Source of the DNA: Corallochytrium limacisporum Hawaii
Taxonomy: Eukaryota > Protista > Pluriformea
Length of the DNA: 64,000 bases
Direction: 5' to 3'
Assembly (NCBI GenBank): GCA_002811645.1
Contig: PDIP01000038.1
Coordinates: 1-64,000 of the forward strand
A program made the position numbers and the translations under genes. Below, piece by piece: positions 33,678-43,737 of the stretch (position 1 is its first letter; each line of letters begins with the position of its first letter). The notes below the pieces were generated by a model that had not been told where the DNA came from, did no database searches, and was given only the letters and a program-made list of their open reading frames with translations.

Positions 33678-35465
33678 TCAGTGCGGTTCGTACTGTGACT
33701 TGTGGATCATTGCGTCCACCTGGGACATCACATCCGTAAGGAACGGCCGTTCGGTGCTGTGCATGGCGACGCAGGCTTTCGCGAGGTTGGCGAAGTCATG
33801 CAGTACCTGAGGAGGCCACGGACCACCCTTCACGTCGACGAGCTGTTCCGGTGTCACACCCTGATTGAGACTATTCACAATGTAGACCTGCAACGGCCCA
33901 TCGATCGGTCTGCCATCCTGCCAGACCTGTTGGCCTGTCAGCAATTCCAACAACACCACACCGTAACTGTAAACATCAGTGCGGTTGTTTAGCATACCAT
34001 GATCAATGTACTCGGGGCAAGTATATCCCCAGGTGCCACAGTCCTTTGTGCGCACCTCGACCAGTGGTAATGGAGTGGGACTCTGAGGTGCCTGCCAGCT
34101 CTGCCGTCCGCCGCTGCCGTCGCCACCAGACACCCTGTGCTCGCGGTGCGGTGCCTGCCGCATGAGCATCGGGTCACTGCCATTGGCCTGCTGCGGGGGC
34201 CCGGTGGTGGTGTAGGCAGGCTGTTGCTGTTGCGGTGGCGGAGGTGCCATGCCCGGGCTGACCACGATAGGATTCTGTTGCTGCATGGCCTGTGTTCCAG
34301 AGTAGACCGGAGTTTGCTGCTGCTGGTAGAAATGTACCTGTTGCGGTACAACCTGCTGCTGCATCTGTTGGGCCTGCATAAAGTGTCCCTGGGCGGGAGC
34401 ACCGTGGGCCGGCGGTGGTGGCAAAGCCTGTGCCTGTGCTGGGGCAGGTGCTGCGTACGCAGCATTCTGCTGGGGTGCCTGCTGCGGGGGTGCCTGCTGT
34501 GGTGGTGCCTGCTGCGGGGGTGCCTGCTGCTGGTTTGCAGATGGCCAACCGTTCGGATCCTGTCCTTGCTGCGGTGGCTGCTGTTGCAAATTGTTCCACC
34601 CTCCATTATTCTGTGTCTGCGGCTGCTGTTGTGAGTTCTGCTGTGACATTCCGGCCGCACTTTTTCTGTTATCGTTTCGCATAACGCGACTTAGGCCAAA
34701 GTCCGCAATCTTGGGGGTCCAGTCCGCGTCCAGAAGTACATTCGCAGACTTGAAGTCGCGGTGGAAAATGGGTGGCTGTTGATGATGGAGGTAAATCAGC
34801 CCTTCACATGCACCCTTTGCTACGAGAAGGCGGAGATACCACGACAGTGGCGCAGTATTTCCAGCACAGGCAAGCCTGTCCTGCAGGTTGCCGTTCGGCA
34901 TCAGTTCGTAGACCAAACCTCTGTGCATTTCGTACATGGAATATCCCAAGAGCTTGACAATGTTTTTGTGTCTGCATCGACTGAGGAGATTGATATCCCT
35001 TAGGAACTCCTGATCAGCGTGATTTCCCCATCCTTTTAACTTCTTTACCGCAACCCAGCGGCCGTCGAGTTGTCCCTTATAGACGACGGCAAACGTGCCT
35101 TCTCCAATGAGGTTGCCTTGGGAAAACTGCTGTGTTGCGTCGGCCAGTTGCCAAAAGTCGTAGACATTTGGCGGTTCATCTTCCACCACAGATTGTTGGG
35201 TTGTGTGCTGTGGCTGAGGGGTGGCATGTTGTGGCTGCGGTGTGCCATGCTGAGGCGTCGGTGTGCCATGTTGTGGCGTCGGTGTGCCATGTTGTGGCGT
35301 CGGTGTACCATGCTGTTGTGGTGGTGTAGAATACTGTACCTGCGCCTGTTGGTTCGGATCGTAAACCTGTCCGTTGTTCTGCTGTACCGTTGGCTGTGGT
35401 GCAATCTGCGCCAATGGCTGCGGCGAGTGATGCATCTGCTGGGGCGGTTGCATATCGTACATCAT
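33678..35465 (-). CDS. IRAK/Pelle/RLK-family protein kinase with a Q/P-rich N-terminus and an activation-segment insertion
   Basis: F..L..AT..FS..NLIGEG.F..VYKG, VAVKKL, Tyr gatekeeper LVYE, DRLAC...PLSW..R, HRDFKSANVLLD, DFG, GTWGYTCPEY, DVYSYGVVLLELLTG. Confidence 0.9.
   Translation of the reverse strand: MMYDMQPPQQMHHSPQPLAQIAPQPTVQQNNGQVYDPNQQAQVQYSTPPQQHGTPTPQHGTPTPQHGTPTPQHGTPQPQHATPQPQHTTQQSVVEDEPPNVYDFWQLADATQQFSQGNLIGEGTFAVVYKGQLDGRWVAVKKLKGWGNHADQEFLRDINLLSRCRHKNIVKLLGYSMYEMHRGLVYELMPNGNLQDRLACAGNTAPLSWYLRLLVAKGACEGLIYLHHQQPPIFHRDFKSANVLLDADWTPKIADFGLSRVMRNDNRKSAAGMSQQNSQQQPQTQNNGGWNNLQQQPPQQGQDPNGWPSANQQQAPPQQAPPQQAPPQQAPQQNAAYAAPAPAQAQALPPPPAHGAPAQGHFMQAQQMQQQVVPQQVHFYQQQQTPVYSGTQAMQQQNPIVVSPGMAPPPPQQQQPAYTTTGPPQQANGSDPMLMRQAPHREHRVSGGDGSGGRQSWQAPQSPTPLPLVEVRTKDCGTWGYTCPEYIDHGMLNNRTDVYSYGVVLLELLTGQQVWQDGRPIDGPLQVYIVNSLNQGVTPEQLVDVKGGPWPPQVLHDFANLAKACVAMHSTERPFLTDVMSQVDAMIHKSQYEPH
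35205..35321 (-). repeat. 21-nt tandem repeat encoding PQHGTPT-type heptads (about 5.5 copies)
   Basis: QHGTPTP QHGTPTP QHGTPTP QHGTPQP QHATPQP QH. Confidence 0.9.
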
Positions 35466-38400
35466 ATCTGCACGTGAGGAAGTATTGCCCCTTAGGAGGA
35501 ACCTTCTTTGCTTGATTACCTGTCAAAAGAAACGAGGCTGACCTCTGAATCCTTTTCGCTTCCAGTGAACCACTCTATGACATTATCTGTTTGTCCTGAG
35601 GCTTTGTACAGTGGTCGCAAACAGTGTCCGTTTTGGACTACGCGTTGTTGTCTTCGGTTATGCGTGACAACTTATTCGTTCCCCGGAACAATTCCGCTTG
35701 TATTCTCTACACTATTGTCGCCTTGAGCTTAGCTAGAAGGTACTGCACATAGTCTTGGAATTGGTTGACTACCATCCTTCAGGTACCATTGCCAGGGATT
35801 GTCGAACCAAAGCGAAGCTCTATCAGGCCATTGCACTCCAGTGCACCATCCAACCAAAACAAATGGTAGATACCATCACAATTGAACACCAAACAAACAA
35901 TGGAACGAACGGTGTATTCCCATCCTGGATGGCGCTTTGGCCTGCAGCAAACTCAGCAACTCACTTATTACGCCCAGGAGCAACTGCTCCAGGCTCTCGG
36001 TTGAACTGTACCTCCAGGTCAAAAAAAACACACTCTCTGATACACTTCAAAGCAAACCCAAATTCGCCAATTCTGTGTTTCAAAAGACACAGAGTAACCA
36101 TACCGAGGACCGATAGTCGAAAAATGTGGAGGAGCAGGACCTGGTCTAACACTCGAAAGCACCACGACCGCGGCACCACGGCCACAAGTTCCATAGTTGC
36201 GACACCAGCACACAGCCTTGCTAACATACAGGTAGAAGAGAGGGTAGGGGATGTTGGGGGGGGAGAGGTCGAAGGGAGGTCAAAAGGCGAGTAAGGGGAG
36301 AATGCGAGCAAAAAAAAGGGGGAGAGAGGCAACGGTGAGAGGGCCGAGAAACAAGAAGGAAAAAAAAAAAATGGAAGGAGGGGAGAGAGAGAGAGGGGGA
36401 AAAGAGGGGGGAAGAAAAGGGGGGGCCAATGGGGGCAGCGGAGCGGCCTAAAGTTGGAGGAGGTGTGCCCGGTAGAGAACGTGTGCTTGTGTGGAGGAGA
36501 TTGCATGCGGTGTGTGGTACATGCAGTCCTCGTTGGCCAAACCCTGTTGTAACCTGAAAACCTCTCCCTGCTCTGCTGGGCCAACCTTCGGGGCGCTGCT
36601 CCCCCCCCCCTCCTCCCCTCTTCCCCAGTTTCAGTACCGAACCGTTCGCGAACTTGTGCCCTTTGGCTTCCCCTTCCTTGGGTTTCTCTATAGACGGCAG
36701 CCCTGGCCCTGGACCCCCCCTTGGGCTGCCACACACTGGCATGGTTTGGTTTGCATAATTTGAATCTATATTTAAAATTTGTATATTGAAGACCCATATA
36801 TTTAATACTTAACATGGACGACCATAGAAACTGGGGACCAGTCCCGGAATAGCGGGTCACTCCGGAGGGGGGATCGAGGTCGGTAGTCAGCACCGGCAGT
36901 CTCCATCCCGGTAGTTTCAGTATAAAGATCGGGTTGCACCCTGACCATACTCTACGGACGCCTTGGCGGACCTCAGTCGGCGTTGTTATTGCAAAAAATT
37001 AACACGTCTGATCACAAAAAACAGTATATTGGATATTAAATAGAAAATTGAGTACTCTAGATAGAGGTGTCAACATGTATATTGCTTCCTAGCCAGGGCT
37101 GCGGAATCTTGCCGGTCCAGTAACGACATGAACGTATTGCCGCTTATGGTGGTACACTCCAACAAGCGTTCATCATTTTCAGTACCCATGATATTGCGAT
37201 GGGAGTTTCAAATCGTGTAATTGCTGTATGGTTATTTTTGTATCCGTCAGCACGCTTGCTGGCCGCCACGGCACGGAAGCCGTGCGGCAGAATACGCCGA
37301 CCCCGGGGAAGAGCGAGGATAAGAGAAAAAAAAAAGGAAGAGAAGTTCAAGGAAGGACTTAAGCGGGGGGGGGGGCACACGGGCAGACAGAGAGGGAGAG
37401 AGAGAGAGTCAGAGAAAGAGGGAGAATAAAAGAGGAAGAGAGTGACAGCGCGGGAGTGAGGAAGGGAGAGACTCGGCAAAAACAGGGAAGGCTGCTGCTG
37501 CAGGGGGGGGGGAGGGCACCAGTAATGGTCGGGCAAAACACGAAAGGAATCCTCCCGAACACAGGCAGCAAGAGAGAGAACGGGGAAAAGAGATGGCACC
37601 GGCAGAGCGCCTGCTCCCCTATCTGGGAGAGAGGGACTTGCAAAAAAATGAAAAGAAAACACCGCCCGGTGTCAGCCCAGAAGAAGACGAAGGGAAAAGA
37701 TAGAGAGCCTTGCGGGGAAAAGGGGGGAAGAGGGGGATAAACCGAGCAAGGGCTTCAGCTCTGCGCAGCAGACCACAGGTGAGAAGAGACGACAAGGAGA
37801 GGGGGGGGGAGGAGGAGGGGAAAGCACGCCAGGTCGCAGTGCGGAACGGGGTGGTGGTGGTCGGTCAGGCGGCAAGGTTTTTTAATGGCCCCCCTCTTCC
37901 TTCCCCGCCGGATGGAGAGGAGGCCCGGGTATTACCAACAAGGGAAAAGTACAGCGGTTGATGAGGATCGCGGATGGAGAACGATGGGAGGGGGGGGGGC
38001 CGATTCCGCGAATGTGAGCGGGGAGACGGAGTACTTTGCTCTCCCTCTCTCTCCTCTCCCCCCGCCCCGCCCTGCGGAGAAGGGCGGAGGGGAGAGACAG
38101 AGAGGGAAACCTGCGGAGAGGCCAAGTGTGAACACGGGGGGGGAGGGGGGAAGAGGGAACAGGAACCACAGCAGTGCATCATTGCACCCAATCTAATCGG
38201 AAAAACAGCCATGGGGATCACGGTCAGCAACACCGGGCACCAATAACAAAAAAAAAGAATAGAGGGCGCTCCAAGGAAAAAGCAACAAATGACCAAGGAA
38301 GCAGCCAAAGGGTAAGAAAAGAGCAGGAGAAAAAACAGGTCAAGTCGGTAGCAGTGGCGCGTGCTGTGGTGAGCATTCAAGTGATACCGTGCTTCCCGAT

Positions 38401-40257
38401 GGATATATTGGACCACTGGGCTTCCCGGTGGTCGCTGAACTTCGACGTCGACCACAAAAAAAAAAGGCAAAAGCACAATTAAACCGGGGCATGGGAGTCA
38501 ATTCCGAACCGGTGGAAATCGTGGCTCCGTTTGACCAAATTGTGTCTGTGTAATGTCCCGGCTTGAATACGAAAGAAAGTGATGCACTTTTTTTTTCTTT
38601 TTCCAAACTGGAGAAGAAATGGAAGGAAGATTGGGGTGAAAAAGATCTTGCCTTTTGCCTTCGTCTCCCCTCTCGTCTCTTCCCCCCCCATCACCGCGGC
38701 TTTAGCGACCCCTGACAGGAACGGGGGTTGCCGTTCCCTGTACTTTCACTATACTTCCTTGGGCCAGGCGGAGGTGCATGAATTTGTCACCCCTCAGTCC
38801 GGCAACGGGGCAGGTTTCTCGATTTGGTAGTGAATGTATCGAAAAGCTCTCCGCGATGAGAGTTGTCCATGGAAAGGGAGAGGCAGGACCGCGCGAGCGC
38901 AGCGAATTCTGTATGATATACCACTGTGTTATGATAATTTCATATATTAAGTGCTCGGGGAACATTCATAAACAATCACACACCTATGGACCGTGTTGTG
39001 AGAATATATTGTTGTACCGTGCTGTCAATTTGGTTGGGGACCGTCCTGAGTTGGCCGATGAGGACAAGGGGCAAGGGGGAAGTTCAGGCAAAGAAGGCCC
39101 ACAGCGACGAAAGTTAAGAAAAAAATTCCTTTGCCAGCACATTTTCCCGTACTTCACCCACCTGCTTCCCTGTAACTGACCTGATGCAATAGTTCTTGCC
39201 ATAGTAAAACAATTCTGTATTGCAGGACAGGGCGATCGGGAAAAAAAAGGAAAAAAAAAACAGAGTGAGAATGCCAAAATCGCAGGTCGCAGCCCTCCCT
39301 TACCCCCGGGAAAAGGGGGAGAGGGGGGGGAACAGAGACAGCCGAGCGAAAAAAGGGGGGGGGGGCAGCAGCAGTGAGCCAACAAAGGCAGCAAGGCAAG
39401 ATCGAAAGGGAAAAGAGGGGGGGGGACCTGTGGGGAGACTCCCTGCGGGGTTGAGGGGGGGGGGAAGGAAGGACAGAAAGGCAGGGCTCCCCCGCCCCCC
39501 CCTCCTCCGGGGCATGGCCTGAGGAGTCTGACCAGTTCTTGTGTGATTGAGTGAATAAAATGTGTGTTTTGATAGTGGCATTTTTGTCTCGGTCGTGTCT
39601 GTTTTTGTGTGTGTGTGTGTGGTCTCACCCGCTGAACCCTCCCCAACTAAACTCTCTCTCCCCTCGTCTCCTTTTCTCCTCTCGTCTCAATCTCCCCCCC
39701 TTCCTCCCCCCCCAAAAAACCCAACCCCTGCAACCCCAATCCCATGGCGTGTGAGAAGAAGAGGGGGAGGGGGAGTGTGATAGAGAAGGAGTGAGATAAA
39801 AGAGGGTGAGCCAATACGCCAACCGTGATATATTATCAAAGAAATATAGTGGTTCGGCAAAGTGCTTGGGAATATCATACAGAGAAACAGGTGACAAAGT
39901 TATACTGATACTGTCGCTTGGGTTGTTGGATGGTGGTCCCCAGTCGGGGACGTTCTTGGCTTTCGTGACAGAGTTGTTTTGAATTATGTCGCAGGCAGCA
40001 GTCACCGCATTCTGGTCATCCACTGTTGTTTTGCTGATGCTGTGTTGTTTGGCCGACATGCTCGGACTGTGATTTGGCATCCTAAAGATAGATATGAATT
40101 GATCCAAGGATCGATGAGGAAGCATGACTTGTAAATGATCTGAACAGAGATGAGTGGTTGGTATACTGGCAAAAAAAACTATGGATTCTATGTTCTATGG
40201 ATGTGGTTATGGATGGGTTGGGTGCTGAATTGATCTCTGCCGGGGATCGTCTTCGAT

Positions 40258-41931
40258 CTACTTTGGGGAATTACTGGTCGCAGCCTCCCAATAGGTCTCC
40301 GGCATGGTGACAAACTTGGAGCTCTCAATGACGGTGTCGAGAATTAACACACTGTTGTCGACGATGGTAGTGTTGGGCTCAATATTGTCCAGGCCGTAGG
40401 CTGGCAAGACAATGCTCAACTTGGACTTACCGTCTGGAGTCGTTGCCCCGCTGTCAAACATGTGTGTGGCGGCGGTGCAATACAGGTAGCTACCGCTGTC
40501 AGCTTGGCTTACTTCGTCGGTCACAGCTGCGCGCAGCTGATACTCGTAGTCACTCTGACCAGCCGCGGCATTGCGCAGCAGGTTGGAGGTGTTGGTGTAG
40601 ATGGTGTGAAGCAGAGGTTCAGAAACTGCATCGGGCTGGAACAAGGTCAGTGCAGTATCGCTGCTCATCTCGTCGGTCACAAAGATTGGCTCAGTCACAG
40701 GCATGTCGTAGTCCTCGATCACGGGCATTGACTTGACGACACCAGCAGTATCTAGGCGCGGTGTGGTACCGCTGGTGGACATCAGAGAGCGACCCACCCG
40801 ATGCGCAGGATGAGGTATCAGCTCAGATGAGGAAGCCGGAGATCCACTGCCCGTCATGGCACTATACAGGCCACCGAAACTCAGTGGTATGGCCAGGCCA
40901 AGGAAGCTGACCACGGCAAACAAGGCTACTCGGGCGCGCTTGACACCAGCGCCTGGCCGGCCAAAGCCACCGAGTTCCTCATCAAACTCAAACTCGTCGA
41001 GGTTGCCGACCTGGTCCAGTTGGCGCTTCAGCATGTTGTTTTCAGACCGGCTCTCCTCAAGCTGTTGCTTAAGTTTTTTGTTTTCTGTCTGCACAGCCTT
41101 CAGACGCTTTTCCAGGTTCTCCATGTATGCTTTCTTCTGCAAACGGGAACGAGTGGCAGCTTCGCGATTCTTCATGCGGCGGACTTCCTTCTTGGACAGT
41201 CCCGCAAAGGCCCCGTCGTCGTTCTTTCCGTCTTCATCTCCGCTATGGTTGCCTGCGCCACTACCCAGGGAATGTGATTCCATACCACCACTGCTGGCCT
41301 TACTCGGGGTTTCCGTGTGATCGGCATGGCTGTTCGGCGTTTCCGCCTTGAATGATTCGTCCCCGCTGTGTGAGTCGTCACTATCCGATTTGTTTCCTGT
41401 GCTAGGCTTTCTAGCAATCGATTGTCCCTTGGGCACAATGCTAGGCTTCTGTTTGATCTGGTTCTGCTGCTGCTGTGCCATCATCATGGGCATCATCATT
41501 GCCATCATCTGAGGCCGGAAGGGCATCATGGGCATCTGTCCGCTTTCCATTGCTTTTTTCATTTGCTCCATAGCCTTTGGATCCATGGGTGGCATGGGCA
41601 TATTGGGTGCCATCATCGGCGGGAACATACCCGGCATCATACCCGGCATACCCGGTTGTGCACTATTCCCGTTGGGCTGCGCTGCCGGTTGCTTTGTCAC
41701 TTTTTCGGGTTCGCATCCAGAATCTAGAGGCTCGTTCAGAGGGCTCATTGCACTCTGCGGGGAGCTAATAGAGATAGTGTTTTCCACTTCTCCTTCGTCG
41801 CCAGATTCTTCCAGTAGAGCTAGCAGATCCGTGCCCAGGATATCTGCTGCATTAACATTTTCACTGTCCCGGAAAAAGTCGTCCAGGAACTCCTGGTCCA
41901 CCCCCGGGCAATCGCTCATATCGGCAGACAT
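40258..41931 (-). CDS. ATF6: Membrane-tethered bZIP transcription factor, ATF6-like
   Basis: bZIP RRMKNREAATRSRLQKKAYMENLE plus leucine zipper; TM segment VALFAVVSFLGLAIPLSFGGLY; RSLM site; luminal KLSIVLPA...LILD resembling ATF6 KMSIVLPA...MQID. First ATG is at 41931. Confidence 0.75.
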   Translation of the reverse strand: MSADMSDCPGVDQEFLDDFFRDSENVNAADILGTDLLALLEESGDEGEVENTISISSPQSAMSPLNEPLDSGCEPEKVTKQPAAQPNGNSAQPGMPGMMPGMFPPMMAPNMPMPPMDPKAMEQMKKAMESGQMPMMPFRPQMMAMMMPMMMAQQQQNQIKQKPSIVPKGQSIARKPSTGNKSDSDDSHSGDESFKAETPNSHADHTETPSKASSGGMESHSLGSGAGNHSGDEDGKNDDGAFAGLSKKEVRRMKNREAATRSRLQKKAYMENLEKRLKAVQTENKKLKQQLEESRSENNMLKRQLDQVGNLDEFEFDEELGGFGRPGAGVKRARVALFAVVSFLGLAIPLSFGGLYSAMTGSGSPASSSELIPHPAHRVGRSLMSTSGTTPRLDTAGVVKSMPVIEDYDMPVTEPIFVTDEMSSDTALTLFQPDAVSEPLLHTIYTNTSNLLRNAAAGQSDYEYQLRAAVTDEVSQADSGSYLYCTAATHMFDSGATTPDGKSKLSIVLPAYGLDNIEPNTTIVDNSVLILDTVIESSKFVTMPETYWEAATSNSPK

Positions 41932-43737
41932 TGTTAATGATTCCTTAACGGTCCTTCCTTGAAAATGAACTGGCCAATTATTAAACGCAATAGGGATCTC
42001 AAAGAGTCCTTGCTTAATGTCCCATTGCACACTTACTGTTTAAACTGTTCGCTTTTTTCTCTGTAGACAGCGAACCCGATGACTATAAGCAGACACTATG
42101 TGTACCTTCAAATAGCCACCTGTCCGATGTGCTTACATGATTGAAACCTGACACGTAATTTTCAAACACAGAGAATGTTCCATAATACAACAAGATACGC
42201 TTTCAGAATTGGTGGAATGTCACCAAAGCCCATACGGACCCCGCAATACACACAACGCCTTACACCTGTCTTTCAAATCTACTGGCCCCAAGACATTTGA
42301 GACCCTGCGGCTACGAACGCTGCGGGCAAATTATCGGTCCACCCGTGTTGTCAAAACCCAGATTCCGGGCACACGGAGGTCACATAAGCGGAGTACTGAC
42401 TCTATTGGTTTCGTCCTGAGTGTCTTCACATTGGCGGTCTGGGTGTGGAGCTGTCTCCGAACTCTTCTGTTTCTTCGCCCGGCCTTATCGATCGCAAACA
42501 TGGACCCCTTTCCCCTCTTTTGGTCTACTCGATAGGTAATTGAGACGAGCTGTATTGGTTACAACATAGTAGTACATTTAGCATATAAGTATGTGGCGAT
42601 GTTGATGAGGGGGCTGTATGGAGGTATCCGAAAGGTCAGTCGTTCTGCAATGGCGTTAAAGCAGATGTAGACGCGTTTTCCGACGTCGAAACGTTTCACA
42701 TTATCGGAGTACGTCATTATTTTTACTATATTTTAGTATAGAGAATGAGCGAATGTTCAGAATGTAGACGTGTTGCCGGTGGGAACTCGACCAGCTGTGT
42801 GTGCCCCCCTTATCGCGGAACAGATCCCGGAATGGTTACAGTGAGTCGTTTCCCCACCCCATACCTACACTATGATCACATGGCCTGAACAATTTTTCAC
42901 GCGAGCAAAGAGTTTCTCGTCGTTCCAATGAGTCCTACTGACCTCAGAACCTCGGTACATTCACTATGCAATTTCGGATGTCCTGGCAACACTCTCCTTG
43001 GTGTTCCAAATTCGGAAGCCTTTTGGAGACCCCTCAAAATTTTCATTTCTTACTTCAATACTAAATGAATGTACTTTGTCCACTATGATACTGTAAATGG
43101 TACCAGGTCATGTGCCGCTTCCATCGCAGTCACCCTCCCTGGTCAGTCTCCAGTACTGAATGAACCGAAGCTGATGTGGTTTACGCTGATTGGTCGAGAA
43201 GGTTGGCGACGTGGCAATACACTGATACCCTAATAGAGACTATACTTATTGTGAATTAAATCTGGAAGTAGGGCGTTTCCAGTAGTAAATGTACTGCAGA
43301 GGAGGTCTGCGTATACTGAAAGTATAGCTATAGGAGACCATACGGTTTTTGTTCGGATGAGACCGGCACGGTATTGGGGGTAGCCCGGGGTGGGGCACCC
43401 GCGCAACTGTTCACAGTGGCTGGCAGCCTTCGGAGACCGAAAAGAAATCCGGACGGTGTCAATGGAAGTTTTCAATCCAAGCTATTGGCAGTCTTTGTTA
43501 AGAGGTGGGTCTTTCTCTCCCAGTGCGCAGTACTTTGCTATGCTGGTAGAACCCAGGTAGTGTTGACACAGCTCGCCGCGGCGTAAAGGTATTCATGGTG
43601 ATGGTAACATGTTCAGCTAATGGACACGACCAGACTACAAGTCAAAGCGATTGTTCCAGCGAATAGATCGAAGCCCGTGTGACTGCCACCGCGCGTGTGT
43701 GCGGTAAGCTCGAGGCATCTATCATATTCAGCGTAGA

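Noticed and set aside
35961-39646. ORFs of 170-310 aa in the G/A-rich island (similar cases at 53435-54220, 60181-60924 and 18822-19610)
   Set aside because: They translate homopolymer runs, often have non-ATG starts, and show no domains.
39625-40125. 166-aa minus-strand ORF with an ATG preceded by an acceptor-like TTCAG
   Set aside because: No recognisable domain, and its 3' end runs into low-complexity DNA; it cannot be told apart from the ATF6 3'UTR without expression data.
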